Assembly (NCBI RefSeq): GCF_009914755.1
Contig: NC_060933.1
Origin: the human T2T-CHM13v2.0 reference genome, Homo sapiens
DNA length: 64,000 nucleotides
Strand: one strand, 5' to 3'
Below the pieces are notes generated by a model. That model did not search any database. It worked only from the letters and a program-made list of their open reading frames with translations, and was not told the origin of the DNA. Positions 17,366 through 33,647 of the stretch are shown here, piece by piece. Position 1 is the stretch's first letter. Every line of letters starts with the position of its first letter. The position numbers were made by a program, and so were the translations under genes.

Positions 17366-17701
17366 TCCCAGGCTGGAGCTGGGTGAGTGCAGACTCGGGG
17401 CCTGGGGTGGGTCTGGGATGGGTCAGGGGTGAAAACCCAGCAGCAGGACACCTACGGTTGGCAGGTAATTACCTGGGTCTCTGGGGGTGTTGTGGTCAGC
17501 CTAGCAGGGACATAGCTGGGAGGAGGAGGCTGGAAGGGGGGCCTTCAAATTGGTCAGAGCTCCTCTGTTTTGATCATTTTTATAGACCCAGATCAGCCTG
17601 CGAGTTTGCTTGAACAGAATTTTTCTGGGCGCGGTGGCTCACGCCTGTAATCCCAGCACTTTGGGAAGCTGAAGCAGGCGGATCACCAGGTCAGGAGTTC
17701 A

Positions 17702-18013
<312 letters not shown>

Positions 18014-18289
18014 TTATCCCCTCTCTGAGCAGCCGGTTGAAGACCTAACTAAGCTCCTAGCTGTCACAGAATGATAGCACGCCTGGCAGAGGCCCCTGTT
18101 GCTGGTAGAGAGCTGTCTCCCTTCTTTCCTTCTCCTCTCCTCCCTTCTCCCCTTTTTTCCTGCCTCTTCTTTGTGGAGTGTTCAATGTAGTCTGCGGGGA
18201 GTGGGTGTGAATAACGTCCAAGGTATTGTCCAGAGATCAGCGTTCTTGTCCACGTCCTGGTGAACCAGTGGATGCCTGCTGTTGGTGTA

Positions 18290-18585
18290 TATGTAAGGGT
18301 AGAATTGCTGGGACATAGGATATGTGTAATATTTAGCTTTGGTAGTTACTAGAAAACAGTTTCCAAAGTGGTTGTGCTGTTTTGCGGTCCCACTAGTAGT
18401 GTATGAGAGTTCCAGTTGCTCCACATCCTTGCCAACACTGGGTATTTTCTGTCTTTTCAAATTTTAGCCATTTTTGTGAGTATGGAGTAATAACTTGTTC
18501 TAAGTTTACTTTGCATTTCTCTGATAAGCAGTGACGTTGAATGCCTTGTTATAAGTGTATCACCCATTTTAATGTGCTCATTTGT
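18290..18585 (-). mobile_element. Old L1 (L1M-type) fragment; similar pieces at 22565-22810 and 23130-23200
   Basis: agaattgctggg...ttccaaagtggttg...gttccagttgctccacatccttgccaac antisense L1 motifs. Confidence 0.75.
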
Positions 18586-18589
18586 GATG

Positions 18590-19402
<813 letters not shown>

Positions 19403-19464
19403 TAGATTGGTTTTTGAATGCTAAGTCACCTTGCATTCTTAGAATAAACTCCACTTTGCTGTGA

Positions 19465-19784
<320 letters not shown>

Positions 19785-20099
19785 TGATCCACCCACCTCA
19801 GCCTCCCAAAGTGCTGGAACTGCAGGCGTGAGCCACCATGCCTGGCCAGGCCTACACTGTTTTGAAGCGTCTGTTATTATTATTATTATTTTTCACAAGA
19901 AATCCTTTTTCATTGAAGAGACATTGAAAATATGTTTAATGAGAAAACCTCAATTAAAAAGTTTATTTTAAAAAAAACCCCTTATGTATGACTCAGATAT
20001 AATCACAGTGAACATTTTAGTGTCCAGAGTGATTTTAAAAGAATTGAACACTTACAAAACTTAACACTCAGTAAACTGAGTCACACAGAAATTATATAA

Positions 20100-20453
<354 letters not shown>

Positions 20454-20855
20454 TGACGTGTACCTTGACATGTCCCATGGTGAATGCTGATCCGTTGTCT
20501 AATTTTTCACAGTCCTCTTTTGCAAATCACCATGTCATATTATTTCCATGACAAGCTTGTCAAAGTGACAAGAGCCCTCGCATGATATGATCCCCCTTTC
20601 TATTAGCTCTGCTGGGAAATGGCCTTCTTTCTTCTATAGGGCTGTTCCTTGTGCCTACGCAGTAGTGATTATATCCAATTTGTGTTCTATCATTTTAATG
20701 ATTTATTTGCCTCCTCAGGTTCCTGATAGCTCATAATTCCTAGATCACTTGCAGTGATGTAAGTCATTGACTTATTCAGAAACTGAGATGAGGCTTATTT
20801 TCCACATCATTAAATGTTGAGCCATCATTTTTCATAGCTGCATAATGCTCCATCA

Positions 20856-21369
<514 letters not shown>

Positions 21370-22282
21370 TTAGGCCAGAAGTTTGAGTCCAGCCTAGGCA
21401 ACATAGAGAGACTCTGTCTCTACAAAAAATATGAAAATTAGCCAGGTGTGGTGGCACATGCCTGTAGTCCCAGCTACTCAGGAAGCTGAGGCAGGAGGAT
21501 CCCTTGAGCCCAGGAGTTAAAGGCTACAGTGAACTAGGATTGTACCACTACACTCCTGCCTAGGTGACAGTGTAAGACTCTGTCTCTTTAAAAAAAAAAA
21601 AAAGTGTAATGTTTTGTACTCATCACTCAGCTTCCGAATCCCCAGTTCCCTGCCAATCTTGTACCATCTGTGCCCTCCCCCTCCCACCCCCACTCTTGTG
21701 ATTTTGAAGCAAATTCAAGACATCATCATACTTAATCCATTTCAAAATGTATTTCTAAAAGGTAAAGATTCTTTGAAAAATTCATAAAGCAAAAGCAATC
21801 AATAATTCCTTAATATCCTCTGATCTCTAGTTGCTATTCTAGTTTCCTGTTATCTTACTCTTTTTTTTTTAACTTTGTTTACTGAAATCAGAATCAGAAT
21901 AAAGTCTACCCATTGTAATAGGTTGATAGGTCTCTTAAATTTATTTAGACCATGTGCAGTGGCTGACGCCTGTAATCCCAGCACTTTGGGAGGTCGAGCT
22001 GTGTGGATCACTTGAGCCAAAGAGTTCAAGACCAGCCTGGGCAACATGGTGAAACCCTGTCTCTACCAAAAATACAAAAATTAGCTGGGTGTGGTGGCGG
22101 GTGCCTGTAGTCCCACCTACTTAGGGGTGCTGAGGCAGGAGGATTGCTTGAACCAGGGAGGGTGAAGCTGCAGTAAGCTGAGATTGCACCACCGCACTCC
22201 AGCCTGGGTGATAAAGTGAGATTTTATCTCAAAAAAAAAAACTTTTTAATTTTGTTTATTTTTTATGTATTTATTTTTTTGA

Positions 22283-22387
<105 letters not shown>

Positions 22388-22794
22388 TGAGTAGCTGGGA
22401 TTACAGGCACACACCACCACGCCCAGCTAATTTTTGTATTTTTAGTAGAGATGGGGTTTCACCATGTTGGCCAGGCTAGTCTCGAACTCTTGAACTCAGG
22501 TGATCCGCGTACCTTGGCTTCCTAAAGGGTTGGGATTACAGACATGAGCCACCTCACCTGGCCTGAGTATGGATTTTTGGTTCTTTGGGTATATACCTAG
22601 GAGTGGAGTTGCTGGGTCATATGGTTAACTCTATGTTTAACTTTTTGAGGAACCACCAAACTGATCTCCAAACTAGTGACAGCATTTTGCATTCCCACCA
22701 GCAAAGGACAGAGGTTCCAGTTTCCCACATCCTTGCCAACGCTTGTTATTTTCCATGAAAAAAAAAAAAAAGGTAGCCATCCTAGTGGGTGTGA

Positions 22795-22941
<147 letters not shown>

Positions 22942-23443
22942 TGAGCCTCCCAAGCAGCTGGAATTATAGGTGTGCGCAGCCACGTCCGGCTAATTTTTGT
23001 ATTTTTGGTAGAGACCGGGTTTCACTGTGTTGGCCAAGCTGGTCTTGAACTCCTGGCCTCAAGCGATCCTCCTGCCTTGGCCTCCCAAAGTGCTAGATTT
23101 ACAGGTTTGACCCACCACTCCTGGCCCTCCCTGTGGCTTTGATGTGTGTTTCCCTAATGACTAGGGATGTTGGGCATCTTTTCATGTGTTTATCGACTGT
23201 TCTATGTGTTGTTTTTAATGGTTTGTAAACTGTTTTATCCTGTGGGTGTGTCCTAATGTATCCCACCACTCCTCTGATACTGGACACTTAGATTGTTTTC
23301 TCTGCTTCCATTTTTGTTTTCTGTTTTCTGCTATTACAGATGGTGCAGTGGTAAACATTTATTTATTAAGGATAAATATAGGCTGGGCACGGTGGCTCAC
23401 GCCTGTAATCCCAGCACTTTGGGAGGCCGAGGCGGGTCTATCA

Positions 23444-23716
<273 letters not shown>

Positions 23717-26700
23717 TTATGCACATTTTTAGGACTTCTGACATAGAATGCCAGCTTGCCATCTATCGACCTTCCTGCCAGCTCTCTGTGCCTATCCTCC
23801 GTGGCCAGACCTTAACCCCTATCCGCTGTGGCTGGATCTTAACCCATCTTGCCTCCTTGTGTCTTCCAGATGCCTGGGAACCACTCACCTCCTTCTGTGC
23901 CATGAGGCCACCTCAGCCCTGACACCAACCCCGTGCGTCCACCCAGCCTTCTTCCGCATCCACACACAGCCGGCTGCCCTTGACCCTGGAGGCCCCGGCT
24001 CTCCTCTCCCCTGTCCTGCACCCATCCCCCGCCTGAAGCCACCGGCTCCAATTGCCAGCAACCTCTGCTTGTCCGGAAAACGACAACACGAAATGGAAAA
24101 GGCTACAGCCCTCTGCATAAACCAAGGACTTGGCTGCCTCGCAGGCAGCCTCCGTTCCTCCCGCTCTCTTGCGCGTGTGCTTTTGTTTTTTATTTTGAAC
24201 AGACGTTTTAAAAGAAAAAAAAACAACTACCTTCTGTCCTAGAAGACACAGACTGACAGATGGGGTGAAGGCCTGGGGACCTCAGAGAACTCTGCCTTGC
24301 CCTCGTCCCTCGTCCTTCGGCAGCCGGAGAGGCTGTGGGTGGGCCGAGGGTGTCTAGGGGTTCTGCCTGGTCAACGTTATTTGTCGTCCCATCTTTTGGC
24401 AGCAAAACCACCTGCGTGGCTAGGATGATTAATTATGAGGATGATGATTTTTTTTGTGATAACAGTATTGTGCTTTTTGTGGGGAAAGTGAGGTTTTTTT
24501 TTATATACATATATAATTGATATCTTTAATTTATTGGTTGTTAACTGTTGCTGCTGCCTGGTGTGTCCTCAGCTCCCAGGGCTGCGGGCCCACCGTTTAC
24601 ATGTGCACGCCCTGACCCACCTGCCCACGCCGACTTGGGAGGATGGTGGCCTGCAGCGGCCAAGAAGCCAAAAAAAATTTTTTTTTTTTCAGATACTGTG
24701 CTTGATTTTTGGAGAGGGGAGAGGTGGAAATTCCTAAATGGCTAATGCACTGTTCCCTCCAGCCCGAATGCCTCCTGCCAAACCCCTTTTCCCTGCTGCC
24801 TCTGTCCCCGCATCCTTGTTCTCCCCTGGGTCCGTAACATTTTTTCCGAGGATGAACAGGGGACATCTTTAGGTTTCTCAACTCTTGCTTTGGTGTTTGC
24901 CGCAGCATGGAAAACAGGGCGCCTAAGGCTGGGAGCTGGAAGAAGGGGCATTGGGTACCCAGGCAGAGTCAGGAGAGGTGGTCTTTGAAGTAAGTTAGCA
25001 GAAATCAAGGGGACCCCCGCCTCCTTGGGCTGGGGAGGGGATTTCAAGATAGTTCATGACTCTCTCCCGCTCTGCCTTCCCTCCTTCCTATCTGCTTTTT
25101 CCAGTAAACTGCATGGTGTCCTTCCCTGGCCTTCTCTTGGCTCAAAGGCTGGGAGGGAGGGAAGGAGAGAAGAGTTCCAGGCAATCCCATCAATATAGTC
25201 CCTACACCTGGGGCTGCGGCCCACATGTCTTCACGGAGGCTTCCAGCTGTGCCTGCCACTGAGGCAGGTGCGGCCCCAGGACCATCACCAGGAATGCGAG
25301 GCCACCCTGGACCAGAGGTAGGAGCCCAAGGTCCGGCCCTTGCTCTTTGATTGTGGGCAGCCTCCTGCCCTCTCTGGGTCTCAGTTGCCCCATCTGCAGA
25401 GCGAGGAGGCCCGGGCTGGTTGGTCTTGAAGGCCCTTTTCCATGCCGACATCATGTCACTCTAGGCCTGGGGTTCAGTTTCCTGTGGCTGGTGATGCTGT
25501 GGTTAAGTTTGCTTGACCCCAGCAGCCCGAGGGACTGTCTGAGTCACAGCACAGCCCCTATTGCGTGGCTGCTGGTGTGTGGGGTCAGTTCCAGCAGATG
25601 AATGTGTCATGTGGCACACCTTGTCCCTTCCCGCAGCATTTCCTGGTTCCCCCCAGACCCTTGAGCGCTCTTTGGGACCCAGAAGGAGTCCTTGCACAGG
25701 GAAGGCTTGAGGTGAGAAGCCGCTTCCCAGACTGTCAGGGCCAGGCCTGGGTCTAGAATTCTTGCTGCTGCTTTGCAGAGTCAACAGCCCATCAGCCCAT
25801 GTTTTAGAGGGGACACTTTGGTCCTCGGTTCCCACCCTCAGCAAGCAGGCCTCCAGCCCGAGGAAGGCCTCTGCCGTAGTGACGTTGCCGTGTGGGGCTG
25901 CGTGGCTGTTCCCCTTGGCTGGAGCATTCAGCCAACCCCAGCGTCCCCCCTGAGGCGTTCATTGGCAGCCCCCTAGGACTGCACGCTGGCCCCACGGTAA
26001 CCCCCCCTCCCCCACCAACATCCTGCAGGGATGGGGTCAGTGGTTCCACCTTCACAGGCCACTTTGAAGGGTGGATTCTTTGAGGCCCCTGCCAGTCGGC
26101 TCCCTGCTCAGCTGCTGGCCCGGGCGACCTGGGACTCAGCACCAACGGCTGAAGTTTCTCAGCTGGGCTCTGACCTGGGGTCTGGGGCAGGGAACGAACA
26201 TGGTGGCTTTGGGCTGAGAGGATGAGGGAGGTCTTTCCCAGGTCAAATTACTTTCCTTTGGCCTCTGCCTGAGGCTCGATTTGCCTCTCTGGTCCAATGG
26301 GACTGACACTGTTGTACAACCTGACCTGTGGCTGAGGGTGTCTGGGCTTAAGCATGTGGACCCCTTCGGTGTGTCTGGCCTTCCTCCATCGTCCTGCCCT
26401 TTGGCCTTTTGGTTTGAAGCCACAGGTGTGGCTTCTGGCCTTAGCAGATGGTATGCTTGCGGACCGCAGCCCAGCATGCCGGTGGGCCCACAGCCCGAGC
26501 CAGCCCAGAGCTGCCGGAAGGGCCGCCCTTCCCGGCCCTGGCGGGGTGCTGGACACTGGCCATTTTCACTAGAGTTTGCCTGGCAGGGACCGATCTCTGC
26601 CCCCTCCTCTCCCCAGGCCTCTGGCTGCAGTGATGCCGCAGAATCCTGAGCCAGGTGCCTCCTGAGCAGCCCGTGCGCCTCTCCACAGCGGCGTTTGCCA

Positions 26701-27198
26701 CCCAATGCGGCTCGCTTCAGATGCTCTGATGCAGAGGGCATGCCCATAGTCCCTCTGCAGAGCCTCGCACTGGGGCCAGGGCAGGCACCAGCCCCAGGCG
26801 GCCAGTCGGCCACGGCCTGTCCTCTTCCTCGTAGCGTCTGCTCCTCACTTTGTGTTGATGGTGACTTAGGAGAATGTTCCGATTTTCCATGATCTAAGCA
26901 GGCCACGTTTAAAATAACATCAAGGCAAGCGTACGTGTCACCCTCTGTACTGACATCTCCTCCCCTGAAATGCTTTTCAGTTTGACAGCCCGTTTCCTAG
27001 ACAAGTGCACCTGGGGTTTCAGGAACTTTGTGTTTTTTCGGAGGGGGTTGGTGGGGAGGTCGGGATGCCTGGGATCCCTTCCTGGAGAGGCAGGCTGTCT
27101 CTGGAAAAAGCCTCCATTGCCCACCCGCCAGGCGGAAAGTCACCCTGTTCCCAGCGCGGTTTCAGCATTTAATTTTAAGGGAGCTAAGGAAGCGCGGC

Positions 27199-27212
27199 GC
27201 GCCCCCTGGTGG
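27199..27212 (-). promoter_or_regulatory. CTCF core motif
   Basis: GCGCCCCCTGGTGG, whose reverse complement CCACCAGGGGGCGC is an exact match to the CTCF core consensus, in a CpG-rich patch. Confidence 0.75.
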
Positions 27213-27456
27213 TGGTAAGCCGCCAACGCACCTGGGGGCTGCAACCCCACCGGACGGGTGGTCCGGAGGGAGGCTGGAGCGGGGAGGCGAGGAGGGGGCT
27301 GTGAGTCCTCAGAGGCCCTGGGCCACCACATTTCTGGCAGCGTTTCCCAGACACCCCTCTGCTAGGCCATCCCTGGATAGCAAGTGAATTAACTTAAGGG
27401 CACTGTGATGGGAAGCCTTGCCCCCCTCTTTTTTTTTTTTTTTTTAATATCTGCGG

Positions 27457-27508
27457 AATAAACCCAATGGTTAATTTTTGAATGAATAAAAGGCTTTTGT
27501 TGAATAAA
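27457..27508 (+). terminator. NCS1: NCS1 proximal poly(A) signal cluster (AATAAA x3)
   Basis: AATAAA at 27457-27462, 27485-27490 and 27503-27508; upstream T-run; pyrimidine-rich sequence downstream. Confidence 0.8.
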
Positions 27509-27973
27509 CAGCTGGTCCCATCTTCTGTCTTGGCATCTTAGCATCCAGGCTCAGGCTCTGCCCCTTCTCCAGGATGGGGTAGCCCCGAGTCGCCCTCCCC
27601 AGTCTGCACATTCCCTGTTGTCCCTGTTCCCGCAGTGGCTCCCGGCCCCAGGGAGGCCCACCTCACTCCCAGCCTGACTCGGTGGCTGGCTTCCTTCAGG
27701 ACTTTGCGCAAGTCAGTTCTGCTCATTGGGTCTCAATTTCCCCATCCCTTGGATGGGAGCAAGAGTCTCTGCTGGGCCTGCCTTGCAGGGGCCTGGTGAG
27801 ACCCAAATGTGAGTGTCATCATCAAAGCCCCTCACAGAAGTGGAGGACGGTGCCCAAGAGTAGCGGTTTGGACTGCTGCTGCCTCCCACCCGGAGCCTGC
27901 CACTTGGGGGAGAAATTGGTATAATGCTTGCAAAAACAAACAAACAAAAGGCAATGTCTTCTGGTTGTGGTTA

Positions 27974-28618
<645 letters not shown>

Positions 28619-28819
28619 GAGAGAGAAAGAATGTGCAAAGTGAGAACCTTGAGTATACTTTTAAACCAGAAAAATCTGCAGGAGTGTTTCTGCGAGGCCT
28701 AGAGTTGAGTGGTGTGAGGCCCCGCCCACTGCCTCACCCACGACATCCCCTGACCTGCCTGTTTCATCTGGAGAGGGCGGCTGCTGCTTTAAAAATGTCT
28801 GAAAACCATTGGCCTAGAT

Positions 28820-29010
28820 CAGTGGCTCTCAAAGTCAAGTGTGTCTCAGAATCACCTGGATTGGAGGCTGCTTCAAACCCAGCTTGCCAGCCCAGCCGCC
28901 GAGTTTCTGATTAGGAGGGTCTGGGCAGGGGCCTGGGAATCTGAGTTCCTAACAAGTTCCTGGGCTGCGCTGCTGCTGCGGGTCTGTGAATCACACTTTG
29001 AGGACCCCTG
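28820..29010. mobile_element. MER5A-type hAT DNA transposon
   Basis: cagtggctctcaaagt...agaatcacctgg...aacaagttcc...cacactttgaggacccctg, about 190 bp with terminal inverted repeats. Confidence 0.8.
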
Positions 29011-29950
29011 GGAGGTGTGTGCGCTGCAGCATGTCCGGTTGGGTCCCTACCTCCATTGGCTCAGGGATTCAGGCAAATGATTCATTCACCTCATCTGACT
29101 TTTGCACCTGTGATGGGCCAGGCGCAGGGGGCCTAGAGATTGGTTGCTGACCACATGGAGGGTTGCGTCGGGAGGGAAGGTGGGGAGATGAGTAGCTCTT
29201 GTGCAAGCTCCCAGCAGGCACCCCGAGAGGTGGCAGTCTGTGTGGCTGCCCTCCCCCGAGTCACCCTTGGCCTGGAGCCTGGGATAGAGGAGAGCCCTCC
29301 TCTTCCCCCTCTGGTCAAGTAACCCCGTGTTTGCTCAGTATGCATGGGCCCTGCCATGTTGGGGAGAGGGGGATCAGAGGAGGTGGTGGTTTTCACTTTC
29401 GTAGCTTGTTAAAGGAACACGAATTCAGAGAGCAACAAAAGCCAGCGCGGACTCAGGAACATAACTGTCAGTTAGAATTCATTGCTCTTGGCCAAAAGCT
29501 CTTGAAAGACGCATGAAGCGTGTAGATTGATAAGATCAAGCAGCCCATGTTAGAATGAACCACCACCTGCAAACACAGGCCACGTTTCAGACATGTTTCA
29601 GAGTGAAAGGAATCATCAGATCGCCACCACCTTCCAGGCAAAGCTGAAGGCCCAATGTGACTTCCGCTTTGGGGTTGAAGCAACCGTTGAGAAGTGGATG
29701 CAGCGATGTCACCCTCTGTGGCCACGCTGGGCATCCAGCATTGTGCGTTGCTCTGGCGGGTCCTAGAGTGAAGATGCCAGAACTCCCCAGACCCTCAAGA
29801 GGGTTCCAAAGGCAGCATGGAAAGGCAGTGTGGGACGGTGATTGGGGCCACAGGTTGTGGAATCTGACCTGGTTCCCAGCCAGGCTCTACCACTTGACGC
29901 TGGGCATGTGTTCTGACAGACAGGGTTTTCTGGTAAAAAAGTGGACCCTC

Positions 29951-30254
<304 letters not shown>

Positions 30255-31584
30255 TCAATGAGAGGCAGGCGATGGCTCGACAGCCCCTGCCCCACAACCT
30301 CGCCAGAGGTGGAATGTTGCAATGAAGGCAGGTATTAGATCAAATTCTGCCAGAAGTCCAGATATTCACTGTCAAGTAAGTACAAAGACAGGCAGGCACC
30401 TGTACCTGTCCATCCAGGGGGTGGGGGCCCCAGGACCCCAGGAGCCCTGCCCCTGAGCACAGTCCTGAAGCACCAGGCTGCTTGCTGCTCTTCCCTTGTG
30501 GTGCACAGTGCTGAGCTCTGAAAATCTTTGTAGCCAAGCATGTATCTTCACCACATTACACTTCTATGAAAAGGGACTTCTAACATCCTTTGTGTGGATA
30601 AAATCTGTGGTGTAGGTTTTAATAAAAGTACATATTTAAAATGCTAATATGACACCCTCTGGAGGGCTGATTCCTGACTAGACTGTTTCACACACTTGGG
30701 GACTGTCCCTGAGGCAGAGATTGGAGGTAATTTACATACCCACACAATGTGCTGTTTCCACCGAAGCACTGAAAGTAAATCTGTGCACGGGCGCCTGTCT
30801 TTGGAAATACCAAGCTCTGGTTCAGAAGGCCGTTGTGAGGGCAGCTGGGGCAATGTTTCCAGCAGAGGGTGAGCTTGAACGGGGGTGAGCTGTTGGTGGA
30901 GGAAGCTCAGGTCTTTTCCAGCAGCCTTGGGCGTGGTGCCTACAGGGACCACGGTTCAGAAATGGTGTTGCTGAGGGCACATGATGGGTCATGGTCCCTT
31001 GCTCTGCTCGAGTCAGGCTAAAGCCTGTGCTGACTCACCCCCTGGCCCAGCCTGCGCTGGATGGCTTACTGTGGGCTGAAGCTCAGTAGAGGCACAGACC
31101 TGGCCACCTGCTTTATCAGGATGGCTCAGATTGGCTGCTATTCCCTGGGTGTGATAGCACCAGTGAGTCCTCCTAGAGGGACCATCCTAGAGGTCCCATT
31201 TCTCCCCACCTCGGGCCTTCCACCCTGTCCCCACTGACCCTGCCAAGCCCCAAACTCACATCTGCATATTAGAAAGTATCTCTCTAAATTGTACTCCCCA
31301 AAGCCCAGCTCAGGGCATCCCCAGGCATACAGAGGAGATGACAAGGAGAAGAGTAGGGAGTCGGGCTGGGAGTGGGAATGCAATGTGGATCCCTGCCCTA
31401 CAGTGGCCCCCTCCTCCCTGCCATCTTCCTGCCCAGGGAGTACAGAGGCAGAAACTTACCCTCCAGGTTCATTGGTCTGGAGGAACTGGTTCAGGACAGT
31501 GGGCATGGAAAGGGGCTGGGAAGGCCCCCTGAACTTAGGCAAAATGAGCTTGTGTAGGTATGGAAAAGCTTTCTACTTCTTCCC

Positions 31585-31912
31585 CTTATCTCTTTTTAGC
31601 TGGGCACAGGGCCATGTGGAACAAAGGACTACATTTCCCAGCCTCCCTTGTGGCTGAGTGCGGCCATGTGACCCAGTTCTATCCAATAGGATGAGAACAA
31701 TGAGCATAACTTTCCCTCTTCCCTCTTCCTGCTGACTGGATGGAGGACTCTGAAACAAGCCTTCCTAGAACTGGGTCTTTGACCCCATGGAGCTGCCACA
31801 CCAGCTTTGGACCATTTACACTGGAGCTCTTAGGAGGAAGAGAGACACACATTTATCTTGATTAAGCCATCCTGAGTCTCTGTGTCAACAGCCCAATTTA
31901 TATTCTCCCTAA
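31585..31912. mobile_element. MaLR LTR (MLT1) fragment
   Basis: actacatttcccagcctccc...ggccatgtgacccagttct motif. Confidence 0.6.
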
Positions 31913-32777
31913 TGTACCCAGTGATCTGCTGGGTCGCTTTCAATGACCTGATGCCACCTGCAAATGTTTGCATCGAAACTCTCAATGTTTGCCAAAGTGA
32001 CTTAATAAACAACCATACAGTGCCATGTGCTGGTGTAACTACTGCTTGCTCATGCCTTTCCCACCCGTCTTCTGCCTTTTCCCTCTTCCTGTCCCAATAT
32101 GCCCTCCTCCTCCAAGGGCTCAGGGGACTGAGGGTCCCAGCCAGAGGGACTCCTGTGGGAAAGACTTTCTTTTGCAGAAGCACTAGGGACCTAGAGGCTC
32201 TAGGTTATTGGGGAGCCCAGGGCAGCCCCTGAGGACCGGGCCAGTTGGGTTTTCACTGGGTAACCACAGGAAGGGGACTGGGCAGGCTGGCCTAGGGTTG
32301 AGCTCAGGAAGGATTCTGCCAGGGGTTTCAAGACTTGGGGACCAGACCTTTTCTTGTCTCTACAATTTCCTTCCTCAGAAATTGCTCCCTTCCTCCCAGA
32401 AACCTAAAATAAGCCATCCACATGAGCAGATCTTGGGGATAAAAAAATATGATAAAGAGTAAAACAAGCTTTTTTCTGACAGTCAGGGAGAAGGGTGGGA
32501 AGAGTCCCTTTGGTATCATTGTCAGATGACTGAGAGTAGGTCCCGTTTTAGTCACTGGACTGTTGGTTGCCCCCAGAGGTGAGGGGAAGTCTTTGTGATA
32601 TTGTGGAGTGCCCACTTTATTCTTTGAGGATTCTGAAGACCCAATTCCTATGTTGGGCATCAAGAGGCCCTTCCTGCCTTAGAAGGGGCAGATCTGTGGA
32701 ATGCCAGGGGCCCGAGCTGGGACCTGCAGGGGAAGGTGCAAGTGCTGGCCTGGAAGGAGGGAGAAAGGGAGCTCCCA

Positions 32778-33647
<870 letters not shown>

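Noticed and set aside
23808-23817. U12-type branch site (CCTTAAC) suggesting a minor-class intron
   Set aside because: The donor at 17383 is GTGAGT (U2-type), not GTATCC/ATATCC, and a normal pyrimidine tract is present.
26136-26906. 256-aa antisense ORF in the NCS1 3'UTR
   Set aside because: No recognisable homology or supporting gene structure; GC-rich chance frame.
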